NCBI RefSeq assembly: GCF_004010195.1
Contig: NC_057720.1
Span: 1,252,706-1,315,555 of the forward strand
Source: Chiloscyllium plagiosum
Lineage: Eukaryota
Direction of reading: 5' to 3'
DNA: 62,850 bases
Below are positions 38,101 to 50,823 of the stretch, one piece after another. Made by a program: the position numbers and the translations under genes. The stretch's first letter is position 1. Each line of letters begins with the position of its first letter. The notes under the pieces are model-generated. The model ran no database searches. It was given only the letters and a program-made list of their open reading frames with translations, and was not told the DNA's origin.

Positions 38101-39339
38101 AGGTTGGCAGATTGTGATTAGTTGAGTGCTACAAGTATCTAGATTTGGATTGATTTGATTTGATTTATTATTGTCACATTTACCGAAATACTATGAAAAG
38201 TATGGTTTTGTGTGCTAGCCAGCCAAATAATACCTTACATAAATACATCAGCTTTATAGAACAGAATGCAGAATATAGTGTTACAGCTACAGAGAAGGTG
38301 CAGAGGAAGATCAATTCTAATATATGAGCGGTCCATTCATAAGTCTGATAACAGCAGGGAAGAAGCTGCTCCTGAACTTGTTGGTACATATTTTCAATTT
38401 TTTTTATCTTCTGTCCATAGGAAGAGGGTGGAATAGAGTTTAACCAGGGTGGGAGGAGCCTTTGATGATGTTGGCTGGTTTCCCGAGGCAGCTGGAAGTG
38501 TGAATGGAGTTAATAGGTGGAAGGCTGGTTTGTGTGATGGACTGGGCTGTGTTCACAACTCTCTGTAATTTCTTGCTGTCTTGGGCAGCGCAGTTTCCAT
38601 ACCAAGCTGTGATGTATTTGCATAGGATGCTTTCTATGATGCATCCATAAAAATTGGTAAGAGTCATTGTGGATATGCCAAATTTCCTTCGCTTCCTGAG
38701 GAAGCAGAGACATTGGTGTGCTTTATTGACTGTCGTGTTGACTTGGATGGACCAGGACAGACTGTTGGTGATCATCACTTGACACACTCAACCATCTCTA
38801 CCTCAGCACCACTGACACCGACAGGGGCGTGTCCTCCACTCTGCTTCCTGAAGTTGGTGATCAGCTCCTTCATTTTGCTGACATTGAGGGAGAGATTATT
38901 GTCTTGACACCATGCTAGGCTCTCTCTTCTCTGTATTCCATCTTGTCATTGTTTGAGAGCCAACCCACTATGGAGGTATCATCAGCAAACTTACAAATGG
39001 AGTTGCAGCTGGATTTGGCCACATGGTGACGAGTGTGTAATGAGTACACAAAGAGGCTGAGTACATAGACTTGCGGATTACCATTGTTGAGGATTATCAT
39101 TGATGAGGTGCTATCATCTATCCTTGCTGATTGCAGTCTGGGGGTCAGGAGTCAAGGATATGGTTGCGGAGCCGGGAGCAGAGTTCTACATCTCAGAATT
39201 TGGAGATGAATTTGGTTGGAATTATGGTGTTGATGTTGGAGCTAATGACAATAAATAGGAGTCTGACGTAGGTTTCCTTGTTATCCAGATGTTCCAGGGA
39301 TGAGTGTAGAGCTTTGTGAGATGGTGCCTGTCATGGACC

Positions 39340-39670
39340 CCACCGCCCTGTGGCCCAACATTTCAACTCCCCCTCCCACTCTGCCGAGGACATGGAGGTC
39401 CTGGGCCTCCTTCACCGCCGCTCCCTCACCACCAGACACCTGGAGGAAGAACGCCTCATCTTCCGCCTCGGAACACTTCAACCCCAGGGCACCAATGTGG
39501 ATTTCAACAGTTTCCTCATTTCTTCAGGGTCTCTGCCTTTATTCCTGATGAAGGGCTTTTGCCCGAAACGTCGATTTTGCTGGTTCTCGGATGCTGTCCG
39601 AACTGCTGTCCTCTTCCAGCACCACTAATCCAGAATCTGGTTTCCAGCATCTGCAGTCATTGTTTTTACC
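39340..39670 (+). mobile_element. PLE 3' fragment (GIY-YIG C-terminus plus family-A terminus) inserted in a Rex1 LINE
   Basis: ORF 39350..39628 QHFNSPSHSAEDMEVLGLLHRRSLTTRHLEEERLIFRLGTLQPQG is nearly identical to the 12124-12994 copy, but most of the 3' UTR is deleted. Confidence 0.88.
39541..39574 (+). ncRNA. Minimal hammerhead motif, family A, intact
   Basis: ATTC CTGATGA A GGGC TTTT GCCC GAAA CGTC GA, downstream of a GIY-YIG C-terminal fragment. Confidence 0.8.
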
Positions 39671-39882
39671 TATTCTGACTGTAGGCGAATTGTAGTGGAT
39701 CAAGGCAGGCTGGGAGGCTGCAGTTGATGTGGGCCATTACTAACATCTCAATGCACCTCATAATGATGGAAATATCTGTGCACAGGCCTCAACTTTTTAA
39801 AATCTGTATTAATAATCTAGATGAAGGAAGCTAGCACAAGTTTGCTGATCATACAAAGATAGGTGGGAAAGTAAACTGACAG

Positions 39883-40312
39883 AATGGCTTATGCCTGAAA
39901 CGTCGATTCTCCTGCTCCTCGGATCCTGCCTGGCCTGCTGTGTTTTTCCAGCACCACACTTTTCAACTCTGGTTAGATTACATTACATTACAGTGTGGAA
40001 ACAGGCCCTTCGGCCCAACAAGTCCACACCGACCCGCCGAAGCGCAACCCACCCATACCCCTACATTTACCCATTACCTAACACTACGGGCAATTTAGCA
40101 TGGCCAATTCACCTGACCTGCACATCTTTGGATTGTGGGAGGAAACCGGAGCACCCGGAGGAAACCCACGCAGACACGGGGAGAATGTGCAAACTCCACA
40201 CAGTTAGTCGCCTGAGGCGGGAATTGAACCTGGGTCTCAGGCGCTGTGAGGCAGCAGTGCTAACCACTGTGCCACCGTGCTGCCCACTGCAGATGCAGTC
40301 CTCACTTTCTCC
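39883..40312 (+). mobile_element. Family-A PLE terminus containing a nested V-SINE (39973-40285, minus)
   Basis: 14-bp TSD AAGTAAACTGACAG (39869-39882, 40313-40326). Begins inside hammerhead stem II. Confidence 0.82.
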
Positions 40313-40729
40313 AAGTAAACTGACAGGAGAACCAAAGAAGCTCCAAAGGAAGGTAGGGAGATTAAGTAAATGGGCACAAGTGCAAAAGTGAAACTATTAA
40401 CTATAGCTAGAAAGGATAGAGAAACATAATATTTTTAAATGCTAAGAATGTATTAAACGCCCACATTGGAGGGATTATAGAGGAAATACAAATAGGTCCA
40501 AACAATCAAGATAGCAAGGCCACGTTGGCATTTATGCAAGTTCCAGTACATGAGTAAGGAAATCTTTCCCAGAGGAACTGCAACAAAAATTCACTAGATT
40601 GATTTCTGCAATGGGCAATCTTTCCAGTGATGAAAGACAGAATGAAATGAAACTGTACTCTCTTAAGTTCAAAAGAATTAGAGATGATATCACCGAAATA
40701 AACAAGGTTCTGGAACAACGTTGACCTGA

Positions 40730-42095
40730 TCAGGTGAACCCGAGAACTCTGTGGGAAGCTAGAAAAGTGATTGCTGGGCCTCTTGCTGAGATATTTGTAT
40801 CATCGATAGTCACAGGTGAGGTGCCGGAAGACGGGAGGTTGGCAAACGTGGTGCCACTGTTTAAGAAGGGTGGTAAAGACAAGCCAGGGAACTATAGACC
40901 ANNNNNNNNNNNNNNNNNNNNNNNNNNNNNNNNNNNNNNNNNNNNNNNNNNNNNNNNNNNNNNNNNNNNNNNNNNNNNNNNNNNNNNNNNNNNNNNNNNN
41001 NNNNNNNNNNNNNNNNNNNNNNNNNNNNNNNNNNNNNNNNNNNNNNNNNNNNNNNNNNNNNNNNNNNNNNNNNNNNNNNNNNNNNNNNNNNNNNNNNNNN
41101 NNNNNNNNNNNNNNNNNNNNNNNNNNNNNNNNNNNNNNNNNNNNNNNNNNNNNNNNNNNNNNNNNNNNNNNNNNNNNNNNNNNNNNNNNNNNNNNNNNNN
41201 NNNNNNNNNNNNNNNNNNNNNNNNNNNNNNNNNNNNNNNNNNNNNNNNNNNNNNNNNNNNNNNNNNNNNNNNNNNNNNNNNNNNNNNNNNNNNNNNNNNN
41301 NNNNNNNNNNNNNNNNNNNNNNNNNNNNNNNNNNNNNNNNNNNNNNNNNNNNNNNNNNNNNNNNNNNNNNNNNNNNNNNNNNNNNNNNNNNNNNNNNNNN
41401 NNNNNNNNNNNNNNNNNNNNNNNNNNNNNNNNNNNNNNNNNNNNNNNNNNNNNNNNNNNNNNNNNNNNNNNNNNNNNNNNNNNNNNNNNNNNNNNNNNNN
41501 NNNNNNNNNNNNNNNNNNNNNNNNNNNNNNNNNNNNNNNNNNNNNNNNNNNNNNNNNNNNNNNNNNNNNNNNNNNNNNNNNNNNNNNNNNNNNNNNNNNN
41601 NNNNNNNNNNNNNNNNNNNNNNNNNNNNNNNNNNAAGGATGTTGCCAGGGTTGGAGGATCTGAGCTATAGGGAGAGGCTGAACAGGCTGGGGCTGTTTTC
41701 CCTGGAGCGTCAGAGCCTGCGGGGTGACCTTATAGAGGTTTATAAAATTTTGAGGGGCATGGATAGGATAAATAGACAAAGTCTTTTCCCTGGGGTCGGG
41801 GAGTCCAAAACTAGACGGTATAGGTTTAGGGTGAGAGAGGAAAGATATAAGAGACCTAAGAGGCAACATTTTCAAACAGAGGATGGTATGTGAATGGAAT
41901 GAGCTGCCAGAGAATGTGGTGGAGGCTGGTACAATTGCAACATTTAAGAGGCATTTGGATGGGTATATGAATAGGACGGGTTTGGAGTGATCTGGGCCGT
42001 GTGCTGGCAGGTGGGACTAGTTTGGGTTGGAATATCTGGTCGGCATGGACGGGTTGGACCAAAGGTTCCATGCTGTACATCTCTATGACTCTATA
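40730..42095 (+). mobile_element. Young CR1 LINE fragment spanning an assembly gap
   Basis: GEVPED..ANVVPLFKKG..GNYRP, then the gap, then the CR1 C-terminus and 3' UTR. Confidence 0.88.
40902..41634. other. Assembly gap (733 N)
   Basis: Run of N. Confidence 1.
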
Positions 42096-45000
42096 ACATG
42101 GAATATGGGTGCTGGAGGGGTGAATGTATATCAATCTTATCAGGTGGCAGGATATATTGGCAGATTGATGACCAAAGAATATAGGATTCCTTTTGTTTGT
42201 GGGTATCACTGGCTGGTCCAGAATTTATTGCCCATCATTAATTGCCTCAGAAAGCTGCTAAGAGTCAACCACATTGATGGATCTGGAGTCATATGTAAGT
42301 CAGACTGGGTAAAGGCAGCAGATTTCTTTTCCTCAAGGAGGTTAATGGGGGTTTTCCCCAATAGCTGGCAATGGTTTCCTGGTCATCATTAGAATCATAA
42401 TTCCAGATTTCTTTGTTGAATTCAAATCTTACCAACTGCAGGATTTGAACCCAGGTCCTCAGAACTATACCTGAGCTGGAATGGATTCAATCTGGTGAAT
42501 GTTTCACTTATGTGCCATAAATGACTCCCTAAGAGTTGCCCAATTGGAGGGTTGTCAGTGCAGCAGTGACGTGGTTAAAGCTGAAATTGCTGGGGGCCAC
42601 ACTTGAATGAGGACATGTCAATTGCTGTGTGCCGTCAAAGACAGTGTTTAGGAGGCACTGGTGCTAAGGAAGCAAGACCAGGCAATGGGAGATAGTGAAT
42701 GAGGTGATAGGTCACTTAAGGCAGGCAGTGCTATTGCCATTGGGTTGGCTTTTGCCACGAGATGAATAACCAAAAAGACCCACCCCGTAAACTGTTGAGA
42801 TGAAGCTAGGATTGACATGGTTGTCTGCCTAGGCAGTGATTGGCCCTCCCAGTGCAGGCAACTGGGAGTGGAAGAAATCCCTAATTGGCCATTTAAAAGA
42901 ATCAAATGGCGTACATGCAGACGGCCAGCTTTCCTGTTACTGGCTTCCTGTTGTTGAGACGGCTTTCCATGTTATTGTGCCAGCCTTCTCACCTCCCAAC
43001 CCATGCTCAAAAGACCTGGTAAAAATTTAGTCTATTAACTTTGATTTTTTCTTTCGAGGTGCTGCTGGACCAATGGAGATTTACCAGCATTTTCTGGTTT
43101 TACTTCTGTTTCTGAGATTGAGTTTCAAGGCAGTGGTTGAGAAAATTTCAAGGTGTTATTTATTGGCAGCTAACAAATAACACATGAATAGAGTTATTAA
43201 TAAAAACCGAGACTGAGTACAGTAATAGACAAATAAACAGAGGGACATAAAAAGGCATGTACGTAAATGTAAGTACCCAGACAGGGAACCATTTAATAAA
43301 GGAAAACAATGCAGATGGTAGGAATGTGAAATTTAAAAAAACACAGCACATGAGGCAACATATAAGGGAAGTCCAGAAATGATTTACAAGAATGAGAAAC
43401 TTCAGTTTAGAACATAGAACATTACAGCACAGTCCAGGCCCTTCGGCCCTCGATGTTGCGCTGGCCTGTAGAACCAATCTGAAGCCCATCTAACCTACAC
43501 TATTCCATTTTCATCCATATGTTTATCCAATGACCATGTAAATGCCCTTAAATTTGGCGAGTCTACTACTGTTGCAGGCAATTTGCTCCATGCTCCTACT
43601 ACTCTGAGTAAAGAAACTACCTCTGACATCTGTCCTATATCTATCACCCCTCAATTTAAAGCTATATCCCCACGTGCTAGCTATCGGATAGATTGAAGTA
43701 ATTGAGACTGTTCTCCTTGGAGAGAAGGCTGGGAGATTTGATAGCAGTTTTCAAAACCATGAGTGGCCTAGATGCTTTGGATAGGAAGAAACTGTTTCCG
43801 TTTGTAAAACAAACAAGAAAAAGGGGGCAAAGATTTAAAATGGTTTGCAGAAGAAAGAATGATATATTTTTTTTTAAAAATTCACACTGTGTGTAGTTCA
43901 AGTATGGAATGCACTTCCTGGAACTGTTGTGGAGGCAAGTTTAATGAAAACTTTGAACGGGGAATTAGATGATGATTTTGATACAAAATATGTATAATGG
44001 TGTGTGAAAAAAGCAGGAAATTGACATGAGGAATGATGCTCATTTGAGGATCCAGTGCAGACATCACAAGACCATAAAATCCAGAAACAGTAGCAGACCT
44101 TTCAGCCACTCAAGCCTGCTCCACCGTTCAATAAGATCATGGCTGATCCAACACTCCTCATGTTATTTCCTGCCCCTTCCCCATCACCATTGATTGTCTG
44201 ACTAATCAGGAACCTTTCTCAGCTGTGTATGTACACAAGGACTCTACTCTCTGCAGCAAGGAATTCGAGAAGAGCAAGAAGAGATTCTTTATCCTCTGAA
44301 AGAAGAAATTCCTCCTCATCTCAGTCTTCAATTGGCGTTCCTGTATTCTGAGACTGTGCCCTCTGGTCCTAAACTCTCCTGCGTGGGGAAACATTCTCTC
44401 AGCCTTTATCCTGTCAAGCCCTATAAGAATCCAATACATACCAATGAAATCGCATCTCATTCTTCTAAATTCCAATGAGTTCCAAACTTGTCTAACCTTT
44501 GCTAATAAAACAACGTCTCCATACTGGGATCATCCTTGGGAACCTCCTGTGAACTGCCTTCAATGGATGAATACCTCTTCTTAAATAAGGAACCCAGAAC
44601 TGCTCACGCTACTCCAGATGTGGTCTCACCAGCACCTTGTGCAGTTACAGTAAGACTTCCGTATCCTTATACTCCAACCCCCTTGAAATAAAGGCCAACA
44701 TTCCATTAGCCTTCCTGATTACCTGCTGCCCCAGTGTGCTAGCTATTTGTGTTTTGTGCATAAGTTCCCACAAATCCCTTTGAGTTCCAGCTTTCTGCAG
44801 ATTTTCTCCATTGAAATAATACTATTTTATTCTTCCTTCCAAAATGATCTTCATATTTTCCCAGATCATACTCCATTTGGCAATTTTTTGTCTATTTACT
44901 TAATCTATTAATATCTCTCTGTAAACTGTATGTATTCCTTTCACAGCCTCCCTTTCCACCGCCCGGGCTCCCGCCTCAGGTGACGCTATGTGAGGAGTTT

Positions 45001-46884
45001 GCACATTCTCCCCGTGTCTGCGAGGGTTTCCTCCAGGTGCTCCGGTTTCCTCCCACACTCCAAAAATGTCCAGGTTAGGTGAATCGGCCATGCTAATTTC
45101 CCGTAGTATTAGGTGAAAGGGTAAATGTAGGGGAATGGATCTGGGTGGGTTGTGCTTCGGTGGGTCGGTGTGGACTTGTTGGGCCGAAGGGCCTGTTTCC
45201 ACACTGTAAGTAATCTAATCTAATCTATCTTTGTGTCATCTGCAAATCTAGCTAGTTGATTTGCCTCCTTACTGCCGAGTCATTAATGTATATTGGGAAC
45301 AGTTGCAGTGCCAGCACTGATCCCTGCGGAACCCACTGGTTAGATTAGACTAGATTCCCTACAGTATGGAAACAGGTCCTTTGGCCCAACAAGTCCACAC
45401 CGACCTTCCGAAGAGTAATCCATCTGCACCCATTCCATTACCCTGTATTTACCCCTGACTAATTCACCTAACTCTATGGGCAATTTAGCATGGCCAATTT
45501 ACCTGGCTAGCACATCTTCGGGAGGAAACCAAAGCATCCGGAGAAAACCCACGCAAACACGGGGAGAATGTGCAAACTCCACACAGACAGTTACCCGAGG
45601 CAAGAATTGAACCCGGGTCCCTGGTGCTGTGAGGCTGCAGTGCTAACCACTGATCCACCATGCCACCCTACAGATTGCCAATCTGAAAAGAATCCCTTAT
45701 TCCCACTTGCTGTTTCCTGCTCATTAGCCATTTCTCTAACCATGCCAATATATTACCTCCAACACCATTGGCTCTTATCACATCTTTTTGTGAGGTATCT
45801 TGTTGAATGCCTTCCCGAAGTCCAATGCAACATTTTTGCTGCTTCATTATCCATTATTGTTGTTGAGACTTCCTCAAAACTACTCGGATATGCTTTGCCT
45901 TTTCATGAAGCCATGCTGATTCTGCTTGATTAGATTGATTTTCCAAATGTTATGCTATTACTTAGAGTCAGAGAGTTGTACAGCACGGAAACAGACTCTT
46001 CAGTCCAACCCATCCGTAACAACCAGATATCCCAAATTAATTTAGTCCCATTTGCCAGCATTTGGCTCATATGCCTGTATACCCTTTCTATTCATATATC
46101 TATCCAGATATTTTTAAAATATTGTTATTATACCACGTTCCACCACTCCCTCTAGCAGATCATTCCAGACATGCACCCCATCTCTGCGTGAAAATCTTTC
46201 CCCTCACCTTAAACTTATGCCCTCTAGTCCTGGACTCCCCCCACCCCAGGGGAAAAGCCCTTGTCTATTTACCCTACTCATGCCCTTCATGATTTTATAA
46301 ACCTCTATAAAGTCACTCCTCAGCCTCTGATGCTCCAGAGAAAACAGCCCCAGCCTATTCAGCTTCTCCCTACAGCTCAAACCCTCCAACCCTGGCAATA
46401 ACCTTGTAAATCTTTTCTGAACTCTTTCAAGTTTCACAACATCCTTCCTATAGTAGGAAAACCAGAACTGCATGCTGTATTCCAAAATGGCCTAACCAAT
46501 GTCCTGTACAGCCACAACATGACCTCCCAACTCCTATCCTCAATGCACTTACTAATAAAGGCAAGCATACCAAATGCCTTCTTCACTATCCTATCAAACT
46601 GGGACTCCTCTTTCAAAGAACTATGAACCTGCACTCCAAGGTCTCTTTATTCAGCAACATTCCCCATCATCCTACCATTAAAGGTCTGACCCTAATTTGC
46701 CTAAAAACCAACCCACCACCATCCCTATCTTCCACCTTTGAGCCAGTCCTGTATCCAAATGGCTTGATCTCCCTGTATTCCAATGTAATCTAATCTTGCT
46801 AACCAGGGTCCCATGAAGAACCTTATTAAATGCCTTACTAAAGTCCATATAGATCACGTCCACCACTCTGCCTTCATCAATCCT

Positions 46885-47082
46885 GATTTGGAGATGCCAG
46901 TGTTGGACTGGGGTGTACAAAGTTAAAAAATACCAGGTTATAGTCCAACAGGTTAAATTGGAAGCACTAGCTTTCGGAGCGACTGATAGTCACTATCACC
47001 TGATGAAGGAGCGTCGCTCCGAAAGCTAGTGTGCTTCCAATTAAACCTGTTGGACTATAACCTCGTGTTGTGTGATCTTTAA
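46885..47082. mobile_element. Fold-back PLE terminus, family B
   Basis: 13-bp TSD CTTCATCAATCCT (46872-46884, 47083-47095). Inverted arms joined by the small palindrome TGATAGT-C-ACTATCA. Confidence 0.88.
46997..47031 (+). ncRNA. Minimal hammerhead motif, family B, intact
   Basis: CAC CUGAUGA A GGAGC-GUC-GCUCC GAAA GC UA GUG: stem I CAC/GUG, 5-bp stem II, palindromic AGCU, CUA triplet. Confidence 0.8.
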
Positions 47083-47612
47083 CTTCATCAATCCTCTTTG
47101 AGTTTTTTGAAGAAGTAACAATCAAGTTAGTGAGACACGATTTCCCATGCACAGGTCATGTTGACTATCCCTAATTGGTCCTTGCTTTTCCAAATACATG
47201 TAAATCCTGTGCCTCGGGATCCCCTCCAACAATTTGCCCACCACTGAAGTCAGGTTCACCACTGCTCCCTGGCTTTTCCTTACCATCTTTCTTAAATAGT
47301 GGCACCACATTAGCTAACCTCGCGTCTTCTGGCACCTCACCTGTGGCTAATGATAATATCGCAGCAAGGGGCCCAGCAATCATTTCCCTAGCTACCCATA
47401 GAATTCTAGAGTACACCTGATCATGTCATAGAGTCATAGAGATGTACAGCATGGAAACAGACCCTTCAGGCCAACCCGTCCGTGCCAACCAGATATCCCA
47501 ACCCAATCTAGTCCCACCTGCCAGCACCCGGCCCATATCCCTCCAAACCCTTCCTATTCATATACCCATCCAAATGCCTCTTAAATGTTGCAATTGTACC
47601 AGCCTCCACCAC

Positions 47613-47680
47613 NNNNNNNNNNNNNNNNNNNNNNNNNNNNNNNNNNNNNNNNNNNNNNNNNNNNNNNNNNNNNNNNNNNN
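47613..47680. other. Assembly gap (68 N)
   Basis: Run of N. Confidence 1.
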
Positions 47681-50481
47681 GCAGCTCAGATCCTCCAACC
47701 CTGGCAACATCCTTGTAAATCTTTTCTGAACCCTTTCAAGTTTCACAACATCTTTCCGATAGGAAGACCAGAATTGCACGCAATATTCCAACAGTGGCCT
47801 AACCAATGTCCTGTACAGCCGCAACATGACCTCCCAACTCCTGTCCTCAATACTCTGACCAACAAAGGAAAGCATACCAAACGCCTTCTTCACTATCCTA
47901 TCTACCTGTGACTCCACTTTCAAGGAGCTATGAACTTGCACTCCAAGGTCTCTTTCCTGGAGATTTATCCACCTTCATGCATTTTAAGACATCCAGCACC
48001 TCCTCCTCTGTAATATGGACATTTTTCAAGATGTCACTATTCATTTCCCCACATTCTCTATCTTCCATATCCTTCTTCACAGTAAACACTGATGCAAAAT
48101 CTTGTTTAGTATCTCCGCAATCTCCTGCGTCTCCACACAAAGGCCGCCTTGTTGATCTTTAAAGGGGCCCTATTCTCTCCCTAGTTACCCTTTTGTCCTT
48201 AATGATTTTGGAGAATCCTTTTGTATTCTCCTTAACCCTATTTGCCAAAGCTATCTCATGTTCCCTTTTTGCCCTCCTGATTTCCCTCTTTAGTATATTC
48301 CTACAGCCTTCATACTCTTCTCGGGATTCACTCAATCTCTCCTGACATTTGTTTCTTTCTCAATCCAGCATTCCCTACACCTCTTCATCCTAACAGGAAT
48401 ATACTTTCTCTGGGCTCTCATTCTCATTTCTGAAGGCTTCCATTTTCCAGCTGTCCCATTAACTGCGAACATCTGTCCCCAATCAGCTTTTGAAAGTTCT
48501 TGCTTAAAATAACCCTTCCTCCAATTTAGAACTTTTAGATCTGGTCTATCCTTTTCCAAGACTATTCTAAAACTAATAAACTTTAAATTGAGGGGAGATA
48601 GGTATAAGACAGATGTCAGAGATAGTTTCTTTACTCAGAGAGTAGTAAGGGTATGGAATGCTTTGCCTGTAACGGTAGTAGATTCGCCAAGTTTAAGTGC
48701 ATTTAAGTCGTCATTGGACAGGCATATGAATGTACATGGAATAGTGTAGGTGGGATGGGCTTCAGATTGGTATGACAGGGCGGCGCAACATCGAGGGCCG
48801 AAGGGCCTGTACTGCACTGTAATGTTCTATGTTCTACATATGAAATGGAATTATCGTCACTGGCCCTAAAGTGCACCCCTACTGACACCTCAGTCACCTG
48901 CCCTGCCTCATTTCACAAGGGTAGGTCAAGTTTTGCACCTTCTCTAGTAGGTCCATCCACATACTGAATCAGAAAAAATTTCTTGTACACACGTAACAAA
49001 CTTCTTTCCATCCAAGCCCTTAACACTATAGCAGTCACAGTCTATGTTTGAAAAGTTAACATCCCCTACCATAACCACCCTATTATTCTTACAGTTAACT
49101 GAGATGGCCTTACAAATTTGTTTCTCAATTTCCTGACTATTGGGAGTCTATAATACAATCCCAATGTGATCATCCTTTTCTTATTCCTCTGTTCCACTTC
49201 CTTAATAATTGATTCCAATACTTTTCCAACAATTGATGTTAGGCTAATCAATCTATTGTTACCTTTTTACCTTCCTTTTTTGAATAAGGGTATCATGTTG
49301 AATAAGGGTATCAAGTTTTCCAATCCTTTGGCAGCTCTCCAGAGTCCAAGGTGTTTTGGAAAATTACAACGGATGCATTCACTATCTCTGTGGCTACCTC
49401 TTTTATGATCCAAGGATGCAAGTCATCAGGTGCAACAAACATATCTGCTTTTAATCCCACTAATCTGTCTAATATTTCTCAAATGATTGCATCCAATTCC
49501 CTCCCCATATCCTTTAGTATTAATAGGATACTTAAAACAGCTTCCATCATAAAGACTTACACAAAATATCTGTTTAACTGTTTGGCCATTTCTTTGTTCC
49601 CATAACTGTCGCCCTAACTATATTTTCTAAGGGGCCTATGTTCACGTTAACCTTTCTCTTCCTTTTAATATATTTACAGAAACTGTTATTGTCAGTTTTT
49701 AAGTTCCTCATGAGCTTGTCCAGGTAGTTTATTTTCTGTATTTATCTTTTTAGGCCCTTGCTGGATTCTGAATTTATCCTAGTCTAAAGGGGTTAGCACT
49801 AACTTTTGCTTGCTTATATACTTTTTCTTTAATTTTAACACTCTCCTTAACTTTGCGGTTAGTCATGACTGGTTTATCCTTTTCTGAGAATCTTTCCTCC
49901 TTACTGGGATGTACTTTTGCTGAGAGTGGTGAAATACCTCTTCAGATGTCTGCCAGTGGTTGCTTCCTGCCATTCTTGCTGATCTATTCATCCAGTTCAC
50001 TTGAACTAACTCTATCCTCATTTCACTGTAATTTGCCTTATTTAGGTTAAACATACTTGCGTCTGACCCACTCACTCTAAAGATTGAATATTAAAATCTA
50101 ATATGATTACTACTTCCTTGGGTTATCATTTACTCTGAGGTAATTTATGAAACCTATCTCAACCAGACCCAATATGGCTGAATGGCCTCCTTCTGCACTA
50201 TAGAATTTCTGTCATTCTGAATATCTATGGAGAAATTAAGATTAATGTTTCAGGTCATGACCTTTCATCATACATGGAAGAAGTTAGAGATGGAACAAAT
50301 TATATCTGAGCCAGCAATATGGGTGAGTGTGAGAGAAGGGAGTAACAAAAAACCGGCAGCTCTGGGATGGAATGGATAGCAGAAATGTAGGCGAAAGTGG
50401 GTACTGCAGATGCTGGAGATCAGAGTCTAGATTAGAGTGGTGCTGGACAGCAGGTCAGGCAGCATCCGGGGAGCAGGGGAA

Positions 50482-50515
50482 TCAATGTTTCGGGCAAAAG
50501 CCCTTCATCAGGAAT
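50482..50515 (-). ncRNA. Hammerhead motif, family A variant (AUU triplet), in solo PLE terminus at about 50389-50515
   Basis: ATTC CTGATGA A GGGC TTTT GCCC GAAA CATT GA. Core intact; CpG-type decay of ACGTC. Confidence 0.62.
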
Positions 50516-50769
50516 GTATGCATGGCAAGAGATGGTTATGGTGCAAGTTAAAAAAAACGTGGATGTGGAGAAGCTGTAAGGAGTAATCAACAGCAATAGT
50601 ATTATGTTAATAGCTGGGTCCAATCAGGTATAAAGTGGGAGGATGAAATAATTTAGTGAAGGTTTGACTGACTATTCCAGCTATCTGAATGATCGTGTTA
50701 TAGCCCAGTGAGATGAGATCTTCACTGTGCTTTGTGACAAAGAGAAAATGAGTGACTAAAACCAGCCAG

Positions 50770-50823
50770 ACACAAACTCAGAACAAAAATATCAAAACCA
50801 AATTTTAATTTATCAATTTTATT
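50770..50823 (-). terminator. Candidate FPGT polyadenylation site
   Basis: Minus-strand AATAAA (50823-50818) and ATTAAA (50809-50804), followed by a U/GU-rich tract (TTTGGTTTTGATATTTTTGTTCTGAGTTTGTGT), about 1.6 kb after the stop. An alternative AATAAA lies at 51067-51062. Confidence 0.45.

Larger units (their letters stand above)
38160..39775 (-). mobile_element. Decayed Rex1/Babar LINE
   Basis: KFADDTSIVG, KAHQCLCFLRK, TNFY.C.IESIL...ITAWYGNC. (AAATC)n tail at about 38150-38165. Confidence 0.82.
43410..50170 (-). mobile_element. Cluster of multiply nested CR1 fragments (mostly minus; plus-strand pieces at about 43680-44060 and 48580-48838)
   Basis: Repeated CR1 peptides in the ORF track (YRKDVVKLERVQKRFTR, DFSKAF, GEVPED). 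Boundaries approximate. Confidence 0.8.

Noticed and set aside
50241..50271. Additional hammerhead-like remnant (ATGATGAAAGGTCATGACCTGAAACATT, minus); similar relics near 1945-2035 and 55845-55995
   Set aside because: Core positions are mutated. Probably old PLE termini, not callable as ribozymes.
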